Below, piece after piece: positions 18,464 to 28,237 of a DNA stretch of 64,000 bases (position 1 is the first letter of the stretch; each line of letters starts with the position of its first letter). The DNA comes from Candidatus Anderseniibacteriota bacterium (GTDB lineage Bacteria; Patescibacteriota; Andersenbacteria; UBA10190): the NCBI GenBank assembly GCA_040876835.1, contig JBBDOX010000007.1, positions 7,916 to 71,915 of the forward strand, given 5' to 3'. The translations under genes and the position numbers were made by a program. Below the pieces are notes generated by a model. That model worked only from the letters and a program-made list of their open reading frames with translations. It was not told where the DNA came from and ran no database searches.

Positions 18464-20299
18464 ATGGGGATTTTTCAAGATACATTCGCTTTCCTGCGCG
18501 GCTCTAAAAAGAAGGGGCAGCAAACAGAGGCAGAGGAGGATGCAACGCTCAAAAATTACAACGAGGGCGTAGCTTCTGTGCGGGACATTATTGCTCCCGC
18601 CGGATTTAAGGTAAACCCCAAGTCCATTGAAATTGACGGAAAGTATGCGTCAACGCTGTTTGTAATAACATACCCGCGCTACCTCGACACCAACTGGTTC
18701 TCTCCAATTGTAAACTTTGACATTGAATTTGACGTAGGGATGTTTATTTACCCTCAGGACTCCGCCGCTATTTTAAAACAGCTGAGAAAGCAGGTTACCC
18801 GGGTATCGGCTTCTCTTTCTATGCAGGCGGAGGGAGGCAAGGTCCGTGATCCCCAACTGGAAACTGCCTATCAGGACATTGAAGAGCTGCGGGATCGCCT
18901 CGTGCAGGGGACGGAGCGTTTTTACCAGTACGGGCTATACATAACGCTGTACGCGAATTCAGAAATAGAGCTAGAACAAACCGTCTCTCAAGTGGAAGTT
19001 TTACTTGAAGGGCGCCTGGTGTATGCAAAGCCAGCTCTCTTTCAAGCCCTGCAAGGATTCACCTCCACATTGCCTTTAGGTCACGACCGTCTAGGAGTTT
19101 CAACAAACATGAATACTTCGCCGCTTTCTACGACGTTTCCTTTTGTCAGCTCAGACCTTACCAGCAACAGCGGGGTTCTGTATGGTATTAACCTTCATAA
19201 TAACAGCCTGGTGCTCTTTGATCGGTTCAGCTTAGAAAATGCCAACATGGTTATTTTTGCTAAATCTGGTGCGGGTAAAAGCTACACCGTGAAACTTGAG
19301 ATTTTGCGTAGTCTAATGTTCGGCACTGAGGTAATCGTCATTGATCCAGAGCAGGAGTATAAATATTTGTCGGAGGCGGTAGGTGGCAGTTACCTGCGTA
19401 TTGCTATCGCGTCTGATCACCGCATCAATCCTTTCGATTTACCAGAGCTTGGGGAAGATGAAAACCCTGAGGCAGTATTAAGGGAGAATATAACCCGTTT
19501 AATCGGACTTGTTTCCTTGATGGCCAACGGCGTGTCTCCCGAAGAAGAATCGCTCGTGGATAAAGCGCTATGGGAATCTTACGCTATTAAAGATATTACT
19601 CCCGGTGCCCGATGGGCAAAGCCGGAGGTGCCGACCTTACAGGATTTTTACAATATCCTGCGCGACATGCAGGGGGGACAGAGTATTGCTTTACGTATCC
19701 AGCGGTATGTGGAAGGAACATTCGCCGGCGTATTTAACCGCCCTACGAATATTGACCTGGATAACCAGCTCATTGTCTTTAACATTCGGGACATGGAAGA
19801 AGAGCTGCGACCGATCGCCATGTATGTGGTACTTGGATTTATCTGGAATCGGGTGCGCAGCCAGCTTAAGCGACGCATTCTGGCCGTGGATGAGGCCTGG
19901 ATCATGATGCAAAACGAAGAGTCAGCCAAGTTTTTGTTTTCGATGGCCAAGCGAGCTCGCAAATATTACCTGGGGGTTACCACAATCACTCAGGACATTA
20001 CGGACTTTTTAGGCTCCAAATATGGCAAGCCTATTGTCACCAACTCTTCAATTCAGCTACTTCTTCGTCAGTCACCGGCGGCTATCGATCTTCTTTCGGA
20101 GGTATTTTACTTAACTGACCATGAGAAGTTTCGTCTACTTGAAAGCGACGTGGGAGAAGGTATCTTCTTTGCCGGACTCAAGCACGTAGCAATTAAAGTG
20201 GTTGCCAGTTACGCTGAAGATCAGGTGATTACCTCTGATCCGCAGCAAATTCTAGCTATTGAAGCAGCTAAAAAAGAATTAGCGCAGATAGAAACCTAG
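18464..20299 (+). CDS. virB4: VirB4-like T4SS ATPase
   Basis: Walker A AKSGAGKS, VIDPEQEY, INPFD, Walker B LAVDEAW, RARKY..G...ITQ. Confidence 0.88.
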   Translation: MGIFQDTFAFLRGSKKKGQQTEAEEDATLKNYNEGVASVRDIIAPAGFKVNPKSIEIDGKYASTLFVITYPRYLDTNWFSPIVNFDIEFDVGMFIYPQDSAAILKQLRKQVTRVSASLSMQAEGGKVRDPQLETAYQDIEELRDRLVQGTERFYQYGLYITLYANSEIELEQTVSQVEVLLEGRLVYAKPALFQALQGFTSTLPLGHDRLGVSTNMNTSPLSTTFPFVSSDLTSNSGVLYGINLHNNSLVLFDRFSLENANMVIFAKSGAGKSYTVKLEILRSLMFGTEVIVIDPEQEYKYLSEAVGGSYLRIAIASDHRINPFDLPELGEDENPEAVLRENITRLIGLVSLMANGVSPEEESLVDKALWESYAIKDITPGARWAKPEVPTLQDFYNILRDMQGGQSIALRIQRYVEGTFAGVFNRPTNIDLDNQLIVFNIRDMEEELRPIAMYVVLGFIWNRVRSQLKRRILAVDEAWIMMQNEESAKFLFSMAKRARKYYLGVTTITQDITDFLGSKYGKPIVTNSSIQLLLRQSPAAIDLLSEVFYLTDHEKFRLLESDVGEGIFFAGLKHVAIKVVASYAEDQVITSDPQQILAIEAAKKELAQIET

Positions 20300-20305
20300 G
20301 CTCTT

Positions 20306-20701
20306 ATGGCTCTCGGACAAGAACAAGTAAATAAGGCGGAACTAAGCAAGGGTCAAAACTCTCGAGGCGGCTCTTCTCATCACCTCAGTCCAAAGACGTC
20401 CGGAATGGCCGGCAATAACCCCAAAGATAGGCTCGCCTTGGCGCGCAATATACAGCAACAACCTGTTGTAGAAGCTAAGGCAGCAGCGGGAAAATGGGCA
20501 GGCCGAGCACTGGGAGCGTACCTTCTTCCCGGAGTAGGCGGCCTCCCCGGGGGTATGATCGGTGAAAAAGTGGGGCGAATGAGCACTCCAAAACAAATTC
20601 TTCTCTTCGGGTTACTGGGAGTATACGCGCTTATACAACCTCTTATACCAATAGTAATTCTCCTTATCATGGTCGTTCTTATTGTCTCCTCTATTGCATG
20701 A
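20306..20701 (+). CDS. Small membrane protein with glycine-zipper-like segment
   Basis: GKWAGRALGAYLLPGVGGLPGGMIG followed by a long C-terminal hydrophobic stretch. Confidence 0.55.
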   Translation: MALGQEQVNKAELSKGQNSRGGSSHHLSPKTSGMAGNNPKDRLALARNIQQQPVVEAKAAAGKWAGRALGAYLLPGVGGLPGGMIGEKVGRMSTPKQILLFGLLGVYALIQPLIPIVILLIMVVLIVSSIA

Positions 20702-21135
20702 GCTTCCGTAACATCACATTATTTTTCGCATTCCTTTCCCTGCTGGGCAGTACTTTCTTTGGAGCAGGTCAGTACGCGCTCGCTCAAGCACCTTGCCCTC
20801 CCGGTTCTTTGTACGGATGTCTGGAAGCGCCTCTGCCTGGCCAAAAAAGCACTAACATTGATGATTTGGTACGAGCAAATTCGCCCTTGCTGACGTATAT
20901 AGATATAGTCGTTAAATTTGTTATTGCCATCATCGTGGTGATCAGCGTTATCTCTGTTATCGCCGGCGGGTTTGTGTATATGACAGCCGGGGGAGATGCC
21001 AGCAAAGTCGCTCTCGCGAAAACTATAATACTGTCTGCTTTGGGAGGATTAGCCCTCGCTCTCTTGTCATGGGTTCTCCTTAATACAATCAGTCCTCAGT
21101 TTGCCTCACAGCTCCGTGATCCGACCGCTCCGTAG
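20698..21135 (+). CDS. VirB2/TrbC-like T4SS pilin
   Basis: Signal peptide, Cys pair, II..GF.YMTAGGD...V..AK..I..A..GL...LLSWVLLNTI.P CPR pilin motif. Confidence 0.8.
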   Translation: MSFRNITLFFAFLSLLGSTFFGAGQYALAQAPCPPGSLYGCLEAPLPGQKSTNIDDLVRANSPLLTYIDIVVKFVIAIIVVISVISVIAGGFVYMTAGGDASKVALAKTIILSALGGLALALLSWVLLNTISPQFASQLRDPTAP

Positions 21136-22294
21136 GTCTCCTAACTAAAAAGCCTATTAACATCCACCACAAAATGGCGAGATCGTTTTTCCAGTAGACA
21201 GTATCAACCAGTCCCAGCAGGAGTATTGCTATCAAAGCCAAGCAAATAGCAGTTTGATTTTTCCAGGATTTTCTTACAACTACTGCTGCCAGGGTTGCGA
21301 AGCTTAGCAGTCCAGTTAGCCCAAGGTTGAGCCAGAAAGATAGCACCCAGTTGTGGGGATCGCGAAAGACAAACTCCGGCAGCGGCTCGCTTAGTAAGAC
21401 TCCGCTGTGAAAAGAGGAGAATCGTTCATGAAGGTGTTGTTGGTAGGCAGGCTCAAAGGTGCCCAACCCGATACCAAGCAGGGGGTGTTCTGTAACGATT
21501 TCCCAGGAAATGCTCCACAGCTGCAGCCGCACAGCAGCGCTACTATCCAGCTGGAACAAATACGATATTTTATCCTGCAGGAGAATGCCGCTCCCTAGAA
21601 GTGTGAGTATACCTGCCGCTATCAGTCCGCGTCTGGCTGTTAAGGAAACAACTTTCGGAAAAAACAACATGCCAAGCACGAAGGTAAACACCACCGCAAT
21701 AATTGCGCCTACTGTTTGAGCAGCAAGCAGGGCAGCCGCCATAATTGCGCTCGCGGTCCACAACGCGCCCGGACGTATCCCTTGCAGCGCCCTCCAGGTT
21801 GCCATAGTAAGGATAGGAGCAATATACAGCGCAAGAGAGTTGGGTACGTCATACACACTTCTGACCCGATCCAGCGAGTCCAGCTGAGTCAGCCCGATCA
21901 GTGCAACTGCGGTGCCGGAAATAACCAGCGCGTTTACTATAACCGCCTGCCGGCTGTTCTGGGTAAAGACCATCCAGCCATACAGGACAGGCAAAATAAT
22001 CCAGCCTTTTAAAATCCCCAGACTAGTCTCCAGGTGAGGGGAGATAAGTGTCGATAGAGCAGCCGAGAGCACCAAAACGAGGACCAGTATTTTTACTTCC
22101 CACACCAATCCCTGCGTTGCTCTTCTCCAGCTTGTTCGGATTCCATGATCTATCGCTCCCGTCGCGAACGTAGCAATAATAAGCACTTCAAGAACATTCG
22201 TGGGGATACCAGCTACAGAAAACCGCCATAGGTAGGCCGGCAACAGCACCGCCGTCGCAGTCAGCAGAAAAATGTGTAACTTACCGACGGTCAT
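21089..22294 (-). CDS. O-antigen ligase/polymerase (Wzy_C) family protein
   Basis: Multi-TM; R.RS.YD.PN.LA, S...RL.LW, HPLLGIG.G.F, DPHNW motifs. Confidence 0.8.
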   Translation of the reverse strand: MTVGKLHIFLLTATAVLLPAYLWRFSVAGIPTNVLEVLIIATFATGAIDHGIRTSWRRATQGLVWEVKILVLVLVLSAALSTLISPHLETSLGILKGWIILPVLYGWMVFTQNSRQAVIVNALVISGTAVALIGLTQLDSLDRVRSVYDVPNSLALYIAPILTMATWRALQGIRPGALWTASAIMAAALLAAQTVGAIIAVVFTFVLGMLFFPKVVSLTARRGLIAAGILTLLGSGILLQDKISYLFQLDSSAAVRLQLWSISWEIVTEHPLLGIGLGTFEPAYQQHLHERFSSFHSGVLLSEPLPEFVFRDPHNWVLSFWLNLGLTGLLSFATLAAVVVRKSWKNQTAICLALIAILLLGLVDTVYWKNDLAILWWMLIGFLVRRPTERSDHGAVRQTED

Positions 22295-23642
22295 AAGGCT
22301 GCATTGAGATTGTCACGATAGCGACAAGAATAACCAAAAGGTGGGCATATAGAAAACTATTTACAAACTGCGAGTGGATAAACAAACCAGCCAGAGCCAG
22401 AACCCCTGCTCCTGCCTGCAAATCCAAGCCCTTAACTGCTTTTCTTCCTAACCATATACCAGCTGCTATCCAGGGCCAGGCAAAAAGAAGGACGCCAATT
22501 AAACCCGTCGTAGCCCATAGCGTCAACCAGCTGTTGTCAGCCCCCGCTCGGGAGTGAAGCGAGAACTGCCCGATAAGGCCTGCATCCACGGCAGCAAACT
22601 GATACGCATTGTAACCCACGCCTACAAGCGCATTCGGCTGAATGATGTGACTCCAAGCCAATGCGAGCGAATCAGTGCGAAGGGTGACTGTGGGATCATA
22701 CTGCACAAACCCTGCCAGACGATCCCCCAATAGCCCCGCAGCTAAAGCTCCCCACACTACGCACATGCCAATAATCCCCACCAAGCGCAGGAGACGGGCA
22801 TGATCACTGCGTATCCGTGCTGCCATTTTCCAGGTGATGTACGGCACAGCGATCGCAAAAATACCCAGGAAAGCTACCAGGCTGCTGCGGGACTGAGTTA
22901 AGGCAATCGCAAGTATTTGTAACACGACTAGTGATGTATACCCCGAGCGCCACAAGACATTTTTTTTCACCGTGCTCCACTGTGCTAATACCCACGGTAG
23001 AGCGACTACCAAAAACGCACCGATAAAGTTGGGATCGAGCCAGGTAGAAACTAGTCGTCGCTGATGGGGATCCCAGCCATATTGCGATAGAAAAGATAAG
23101 TCAGAAAGTAGTATTACCTGTACGATCCCCAGCATTACTAGTCCCGCTACAGTAAAAAACAGCCCGTGCCGTATAGTCGTTCGGTTTATCGGATCAAGCA
23201 TTAAAATAGCCAGGGCAGGGAAGAGCAGAAGGTATGCACTGGTGCGCACCCAGTATAGTCCGGCAATAACGAGCTGGTGCGACTCTAAAGAAAACGCATG
23301 TATAACTAGCGTGAACAAGCTCCAGCCAATGAACGGAAGAACCAGCCAGGCTAGCTGAGCTCCCTTTTGCTGAAAAGGATCCGCAAAACGATTTTTGTAC
23401 CGACGCCAAGATACCACTCCAGCTATAATCGTAAATCCAACCGCCAGATCGCTCGCAAGCAGCCCTCCGCCCTGACCGGCGACCTGAATACGTATCAGCT
23501 GACCCGCTACCACTGAACCAAACAGAAGCCACAGAGCTAGTCGAGGCAGCATCACACTCCACCAGGCAGCCGCAAGCAGCCCTATTGCACCCGAGAGGAG
23601 AACAAGCGGTAGATTTGTCGCAGCAAGCGATGCAAGAGCCAT
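22281..23642 (-). CDS. O-antigen ligase/polymerase (Wzy_C) family protein
   Basis: Multi-TM; RLVSTWLDPNF.G, LTQSRSS, GVGYN, HS..G.DNSWL...TTG.IG. Start may be slightly downstream. Confidence 0.8.
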   Translation of the reverse strand: MALASLAATNLPLVLLSGAIGLLAAAWWSVMLPRLALWLLFGSVVAGQLIRIQVAGQGGGLLASDLAVGFTIIAGVVSWRRYKNRFADPFQQKGAQLAWLVLPFIGWSLFTLVIHAFSLESHQLVIAGLYWVRTSAYLLLFPALAILMLDPINRTTIRHGLFFTVAGLVMLGIVQVILLSDLSFLSQYGWDPHQRRLVSTWLDPNFIGAFLVVALPWVLAQWSTVKKNVLWRSGYTSLVVLQILAIALTQSRSSLVAFLGIFAIAVPYITWKMAARIRSDHARLLRLVGIIGMCVVWGALAAGLLGDRLAGFVQYDPTVTLRTDSLALAWSHIIQPNALVGVGYNAYQFAAVDAGLIGQFSLHSRAGADNSWLTLWATTGLIGVLLFAWPWIAAGIWLGRKAVKGLDLQAGAGVLALAGLFIHSQFVNSFLYAHLLVILVAIVTISMQPYDRR

Positions 23643-24358
23643 ATAGATGTAGCGTAGTGTTTTCGGAAGTATCTGTCAGCTGACTGGTCGTAGAGGTACG
23701 TCTTGCGTCCTATATCCGTCAGACTCATTCCCCGCCGGTGAGTGACCGCGACCAGGGGATAGAGTGTAATACTTTTGCCTTTGGCATGAATTCGCCGGCA
23801 CAGGTCAACATCTTCCCAGTAGAGGAAAAACGTTTCATCAAACCCCCCAACTGCTCGGAATTGCCCAGTATCAACCAGCATGGCCCCTCCCGACACCCAG
23901 CCCACCTGTAACGGTACCGCATCGTCAATAGGCGCCTTACTAATACGACGCCCAAATAGGGACAAGAGCGAAACGGCATCTCCATAAGAACCTTTTTCAG
24001 GGTGGCCCTCAGTATCTTGAAGCCTAAATCCCAACACGGCGACGCTGGCGTGACTGCTAATATATTGCACTGCCTGGTGAATGCTTCCGCTCGCAAGGAA
24101 AGCGTCTGGGTTTAGGAAAATAATATATGGCTTGTCCAGACACTTACTGCCGACATTTGCAGCAGCACCAAATCCTCTGTTCTGATCAAGAGTAACAACC
24201 TGTACAGGGAATTCCCGCACGATATCCAATGTGCTATCAACTGACGCACTGTCCACAACACAAATACTCTGAATTTTCTGGGCCAGCAGAGAGCGAATAC
24301 AATCGGCGATTGTATCTTCGCTGTTATGCGTTACAACAACCGCTCCTACGGCATTCAT
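23582..24358 (-). CDS. Glycosyltransferase family 2 (rhamnosyltransferase-like)
   Basis: VVVTHNS, VVDSAS.D, N.GFGAAAN, FLNPD, VSGGAML, GGFDE.FFLYWEDVDLC. Confidence 0.9.
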   Translation of the reverse strand: MNAVGAVVVTHNSEDTIADCIRSLLAQKIQSICVVDSASVDSTLDIVREFPVQVVTLDQNRGFGAAANVGSKCLDKPYIIFLNPDAFLASGSIHQAVQYISSHASVAVLGFRLQDTEGHPEKGSYGDAVSLLSLFGRRISKAPIDDAVPLQVGWVSGGAMLVDTGQFRAVGGFDETFFLYWEDVDLCRRIHAKGKSITLYPLVAVTHRRGMSLTDIGRKTYLYDQSADRYFRKHYATSIWLLHRLLRQIYRLFSSRVQ

Positions 24359-25173
24359 AGTGAAATTCGACCCATATGATTCTTGCGACTGTCCCGCAAG
24401 GCCCGCCAAACTACGTCCTTTCTGGATACAAAGCGGTGATAGATGAATCTACCCCAGTTAAGCACCTGCCAATATCCTCCCCATGCACCACTTTCCCATG
24501 TCAGCGCCCGAGCTCCATTACGGGCCAGGTAGTACAGTTGGGAAGAAGTAAGATCCTTTCGCATATCATTGTGCTTCACTACGACTTGCGGCAAAGACAC
24601 CAACTGAACTCCCTGCGCAGATAACCGCCAACTCCACGCCACATCTTCCCAATACAAGAAATAGCTAACCGGCAGTCGAGCACGAGTAAATACGTCGAAG
24701 GTTGTGGCAAACAACGACCCGTGAATATACGGCTTTCGATACCAGGCGGCGCGGGTTCTATCTTCGATATGTGCCCGTCCAGAAAACATGTTGACCGAGC
24801 CGCTGCGGGCACCAACAAGAAGGGGAGTTGTCGCGTCCTTAAACATTGCATATATTTTCTCCAATACATCGATTCCCACTTCAGCGTCGTTGTTCATACA
24901 CACCACCACGTCGTCGGGCTGGGCTCCACGTGCTGCCAAAAAGCTCACCCCCACTAAAATACCACCGCTATACCCCGTGTTTGCTGCGGGACGGATAATC
25001 GTTACGGAGTCGCTGATAGCAGAGAGCCTTAAGGGCACATCCGCATGATCCACTATCACTACCGCGTCTGGCAGGCGCCTGCTTCTCATAAGAGCAGATA
25101 GCGCCTGCTGAGTAGGGGTGGCGCTTCCATAATGGACAAGAATGACAAAAATCTTTGGTATTTGTGGAATCAT
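24355..25173 (-). CDS. Glycosyltransferase family 2
   Basis: VILVHY, IVDH, NTGYSGG, MNND, YFLYWEDV, YYLARN. Confidence 0.85.
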   Translation of the reverse strand: MIPQIPKIFVILVHYGSATPTQQALSALMRSRRLPDAVVIVDHADVPLRLSAISDSVTIIRPAANTGYSGGILVGVSFLAARGAQPDDVVVCMNNDAEVGIDVLEKIYAMFKDATTPLLVGARSGSVNMFSGRAHIEDRTRAAWYRKPYIHGSLFATTFDVFTRARLPVSYFLYWEDVAWSWRLSAQGVQLVSLPQVVVKHNDMRKDLTSSQLYYLARNGARALTWESGAWGGYWQVLNWGRFIYHRFVSRKDVVWRALRDSRKNHMGRISL

Positions 25174-25215
25174 TGTGGATAAGTATGTGGAAAAGCGTAG
25201 GTAATATGTGCACAA
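25163..25215. promoter_or_regulatory. DnaA-box cluster outside oriC
   Basis: TGTGGAATC 25163, TGTGGATAA 25174 (perfect), TGTGGAAAA 25186, TGTGCACAA 25207; all co-oriented. Confidence 0.6.
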
Positions 25216-25242
25216 AACGTCCTTAAACCATTTTTCTGCTCT

Positions 25243-26190
25243 TTATACAGCATCATTCGAACGATTGAGGATTTTCTTTTCTCCGGTATACCAACCCACC
25301 CAGAATTCAGCAGCTGTAGCGTAGAGAAATAGCCGAGGCAGACTGTATATACCCCCTAGTACTGTAACAGTCTTCCACGCTATCCACCTGATTCCAAGGT
25401 ACTGATACACGAGCGTTTTCAGGCGCCGTAAAGTGGTAGGAGGGGGCAAAAGCGCTATATGAGGATACCGACGCTGATATATAGTTGCTCCCTGACCAAC
25501 CTCATACTGCCGCCGCTGAATGGCGGGGGCAGTATATGCATGGCGATGCAGTCCCACCGCCTTATGAAGAACAGCAAGAGTGAGACCGCGAGGAGCCAAC
25601 ATGCGCCCCAGGTCTAAATCCTCCCAGCCATAGCGAGTATATATGGTTGGAAACTCCTGGCCACGCAGGGCTCTCCGTTTTATAGAAAGGTGAGAACCAT
25701 AAAAAAAGTGCGCCGAGTCTGCCTGATATATACCCAGTAGTGCATCAAAGTTATTTTGTGGGCCACCATGCACCATCCACTCCATTAAAGGTGTGGGCTT
25801 AAGGCGCGGATCCCACACAACCATACCAAGAGCAGCGTTCATTTCATCCGGAAACTTGGTATGAAAGCAGCCGTGCTCTTTGAGCGCGCCGGCACGCAGT
25901 ATAATGTCCGCTCCTAAGAAGATCACTATATCCGCGTCAGAAACTGCCAAGCCCCGATTCCGGGCTCCGGCGCCGCCGATGTGCTGTCCGGTTACAACAA
26001 CAGGCTCCCGCCAAGGAGAAGACCACGCAAGCGCATGTACGACAGACTGCGGACTAGTGCGTGAACCATCATCAGACACAATTACCCGGGGCTGCCACCC
26101 TTCATTAATAACTTGGTCGCGCAACGCCGCTAATGTATGCGACAAAACACCTTCGCTATTGTAGGTAGGGATGATAATGTCGATCTTCAT
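25243..26190 (-). CDS. Glycosyltransferase family 2
   Basis: IIIPTYN, VSDDGS, GARNRGL, FLGAD, YGWEDLDLG. Confidence 0.9.
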   Translation of the reverse strand: MKIDIIIPTYNSEGVLSHTLAALRDQVINEGWQPRVIVSDDGSRTSPQSVVHALAWSSPWREPVVVTGQHIGGAGARNRGLAVSDADIVIFLGADIILRAGALKEHGCFHTKFPDEMNAALGMVVWDPRLKPTPLMEWMVHGGPQNNFDALLGIYQADSAHFFYGSHLSIKRRALRGQEFPTIYTRYGWEDLDLGRMLAPRGLTLAVLHKAVGLHRHAYTAPAIQRRQYEVGQGATIYQRRYPHIALLPPPTTLRRLKTLVYQYLGIRWIAWKTVTVLGGIYSLPRLFLYATAAEFWVGWYTGEKKILNRSNDAV

Positions 26191-27635
26191 ATGATGTGCT
26201 TTTTTTGTAGCAATAAAGACATGCTCCGCGGATCAAGAGTCCTGACAAAAACCGCAATTGCCACGTATAGCACAGCTAACACACAGAGCCGCACAAGAAT
26301 GTGCCAGGTGTCCGATAGTAACAGGGCAACACCGCCAGATACAGCCGCTATTGCTAGTGAGCTAATAATTACTATAACGGGTACTCGAAAGCGTATTTCC
26401 TTCCACACTAGCCACCCGGCGGTAAGCGTTGCCGCCCCTTCAGTGACTAGCGTTGTCCAGGCAGCCGCTATTGCTCCATACAAAGGAACAAAGATCAGAT
26501 TAGCCGCTACGTTTCCTGCTACCAGTGCCGCATACAGTAAAAGGAGCTGCTTTTGTTTGTGGAGAGATACTAACGCAAAACCAAATATGTTACCGACGAA
26601 CATGAATGCCAGCGCCCCGGCAAGAATTTGGACAATGGGAGCGGCGGCAGCAAACTCAACACCTGATAAAAATATGAGGATATCTGAGGCAAAAATCGCC
26701 AGCGATCCGGCGGCTAAAACTCCAACTATAACCATAAAACGCAGCGCCTGCTCCAGTAAACGCTGCACCACCGAGTAGGCCTGACGAGAGTAGAGCACAG
26801 CCAGCTGTGGTAATAAGAGACCACCGAACATTGCGGGAAAGAAGAGTCCGCTTTCTATAATGCGGTAAGCTAGGCCATACAACCCCACCTCATCCGATGA
26901 ACGAAATAAGGAAATAATTACAATATCAGTTCTGAAGTAGATAACATTAAGAACCAACAGTAAACCTAACGGCCAAGAGGATTTAAGTAATACCCACCAG
27001 CGAGCCGGGGAGACCTGGAAGCGCCAGGGCTGTATTGCTGGCACTAATAGCACATGCACCCCGTACGCAACTACCGCACCAGCTAAGAATGCTCCAGCCA
27101 TATATAGCACTGCCGTGGTCGCAGATACAGACGAGATCGGTACCTGCCTTACAATCAAAAATACAATGCCAAACTGTAATAATCGCCCTATTACATCTCC
27201 AAACGTTGCCTTCCATACCTCTTTGTACTTCTGATATACCCCCATTAGCAGCTGGCTAAACGATTGAGCTACTAGCCCTAGCGCAATGATGACAAACACG
27301 GGAAGCAGGGCACGGTATTGTGGAAGCAGTGTAATAACAACTGCGGCTGTGCCTATCCATGCAACCAGCAAAGCTGCACGCAGAGACGATATTATCCCAA
27401 ACAACTCCTGCTCTTTCTTTTCCTGCTCAGCGATATCGCGAGTCAAAGTGAGATATAGCCCAAAGTCGGCGGCAATCTGTACCATCGTTCCCACCGAAAG
27501 CAGGAGAGCGTATGAGCCATACCCAGCCGCTCCTAAATACCTGGTTACCAGTGCGGTGGTGGCTATACCTAAAACGATCGTACCGATACGGCCAGCACCC
27601 GAAATAAGCGTGTTAGAAAAAATAGATTGCGCCAT
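26187..27635 (-). CDS. Wzx-type oligosaccharide flippase
   Basis: Many TM helices, TRYLG..GYG.Y, ADFGL, IYFRTD, VGLYGLAYRI, P.YGAIAAA. Confidence 0.88.
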   Translation of the reverse strand: MAQSIFSNTLISGAGRIGTIVLGIATTALVTRYLGAAGYGSYALLLSVGTMVQIAADFGLYLTLTRDIAEQEKKEQELFGIISSLRAALLVAWIGTAAVVITLLPQYRALLPVFVIIALGLVAQSFSQLLMGVYQKYKEVWKATFGDVIGRLLQFGIVFLIVRQVPISSVSATTAVLYMAGAFLAGAVVAYGVHVLLVPAIQPWRFQVSPARWWVLLKSSWPLGLLLVLNVIYFRTDIVIISLFRSSDEVGLYGLAYRIIESGLFFPAMFGGLLLPQLAVLYSRQAYSVVQRLLEQALRFMVIVGVLAAGSLAIFASDILIFLSGVEFAAAAPIVQILAGALAFMFVGNIFGFALVSLHKQKQLLLLYAALVAGNVAANLIFVPLYGAIAAAWTTLVTEGAATLTAGWLVWKEIRFRVPVIVIISSLAIAAVSGGVALLLSDTWHILVRLCVLAVLYVAIAVFVRTLDPRSMSLLLQKKHII

Positions 27636-27667
27636 GAAAATGGGGCGAGACGTTGCCCCTGTCTGGA

Positions 27668-28171
27668 CTAGAGAAAAACAGGACGAACAACGACTCGCCG
27701 ATTTGGTTCTTCGCCAAGGCTTTCTGTCTGAATATCTTTGTGCCGCGCCAAAGCCGTGTGAACCGAACGTCGGTCAGAAGCAGACATAGGTTGTAGAACA
27801 ACGGTTCTACCCGTTCGCACCGCCTTACGAGCTACTTCTTCAGCCAAGCCCAGCAGACTTCTTTCTCGTCGGGCCCGGTATCCGTTCACATCAACCGATA
27901 CGCGCAATCCAGCAGGAAGCTGCTTGCGCAATACACACCGCATAGTGTGCTGTAAAGCATTTAGGTGAGCTCCTTGAGTACCAATAAGCATTCTGCCGGC
28001 TTCTCCCGCCTCAATAGCAATTTGAAGGGCCTCATCTTCACCATATTGACAGCTAACCTGAACATCTTCGAAGCCCATAATCTCAAGCACTCGGCGGACA
28101 TGCTCAGCAAGCAAAAGCACTGCTGGCTGGTCAAATGTCACGCCCTGCTGAGTGTGCTGTGCGGTTTCCAT
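27668..28171 (-). CDS. jag: Jag/EloR/KhpB RNA-binding protein (KH + R3H)
   Basis: LIGTQG.HLNALQ, VDVNGYR, PMSASDRRSVH, S.GEEPNRRVV; follows yidC. Confidence 0.9.
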   Translation of the reverse strand: METAQHTQQGVTFDQPAVLLLAEHVRRVLEIMGFEDVQVSCQYGEDEALQIAIEAGEAGRMLIGTQGAHLNALQHTMRCVLRKQLPAGLRVSVDVNGYRARRERSLLGLAEEVARKAVRTGRTVVLQPMSASDRRSVHTALARHKDIQTESLGEEPNRRVVVRPVFL

Positions 28172-28237
28172 ACTGTGAATGCTACGCAGGATCGACCCAA
28201 ATGGCAACATTTGTGCCCCGGCACTTAAAATTGTGCC

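Noticed and set aside
14626-21135. Integrative conjugative element
   Set aside because: No integrase, relaxase or att repeats were recognised; composition matches the host and the genes continue a housekeeping operon.
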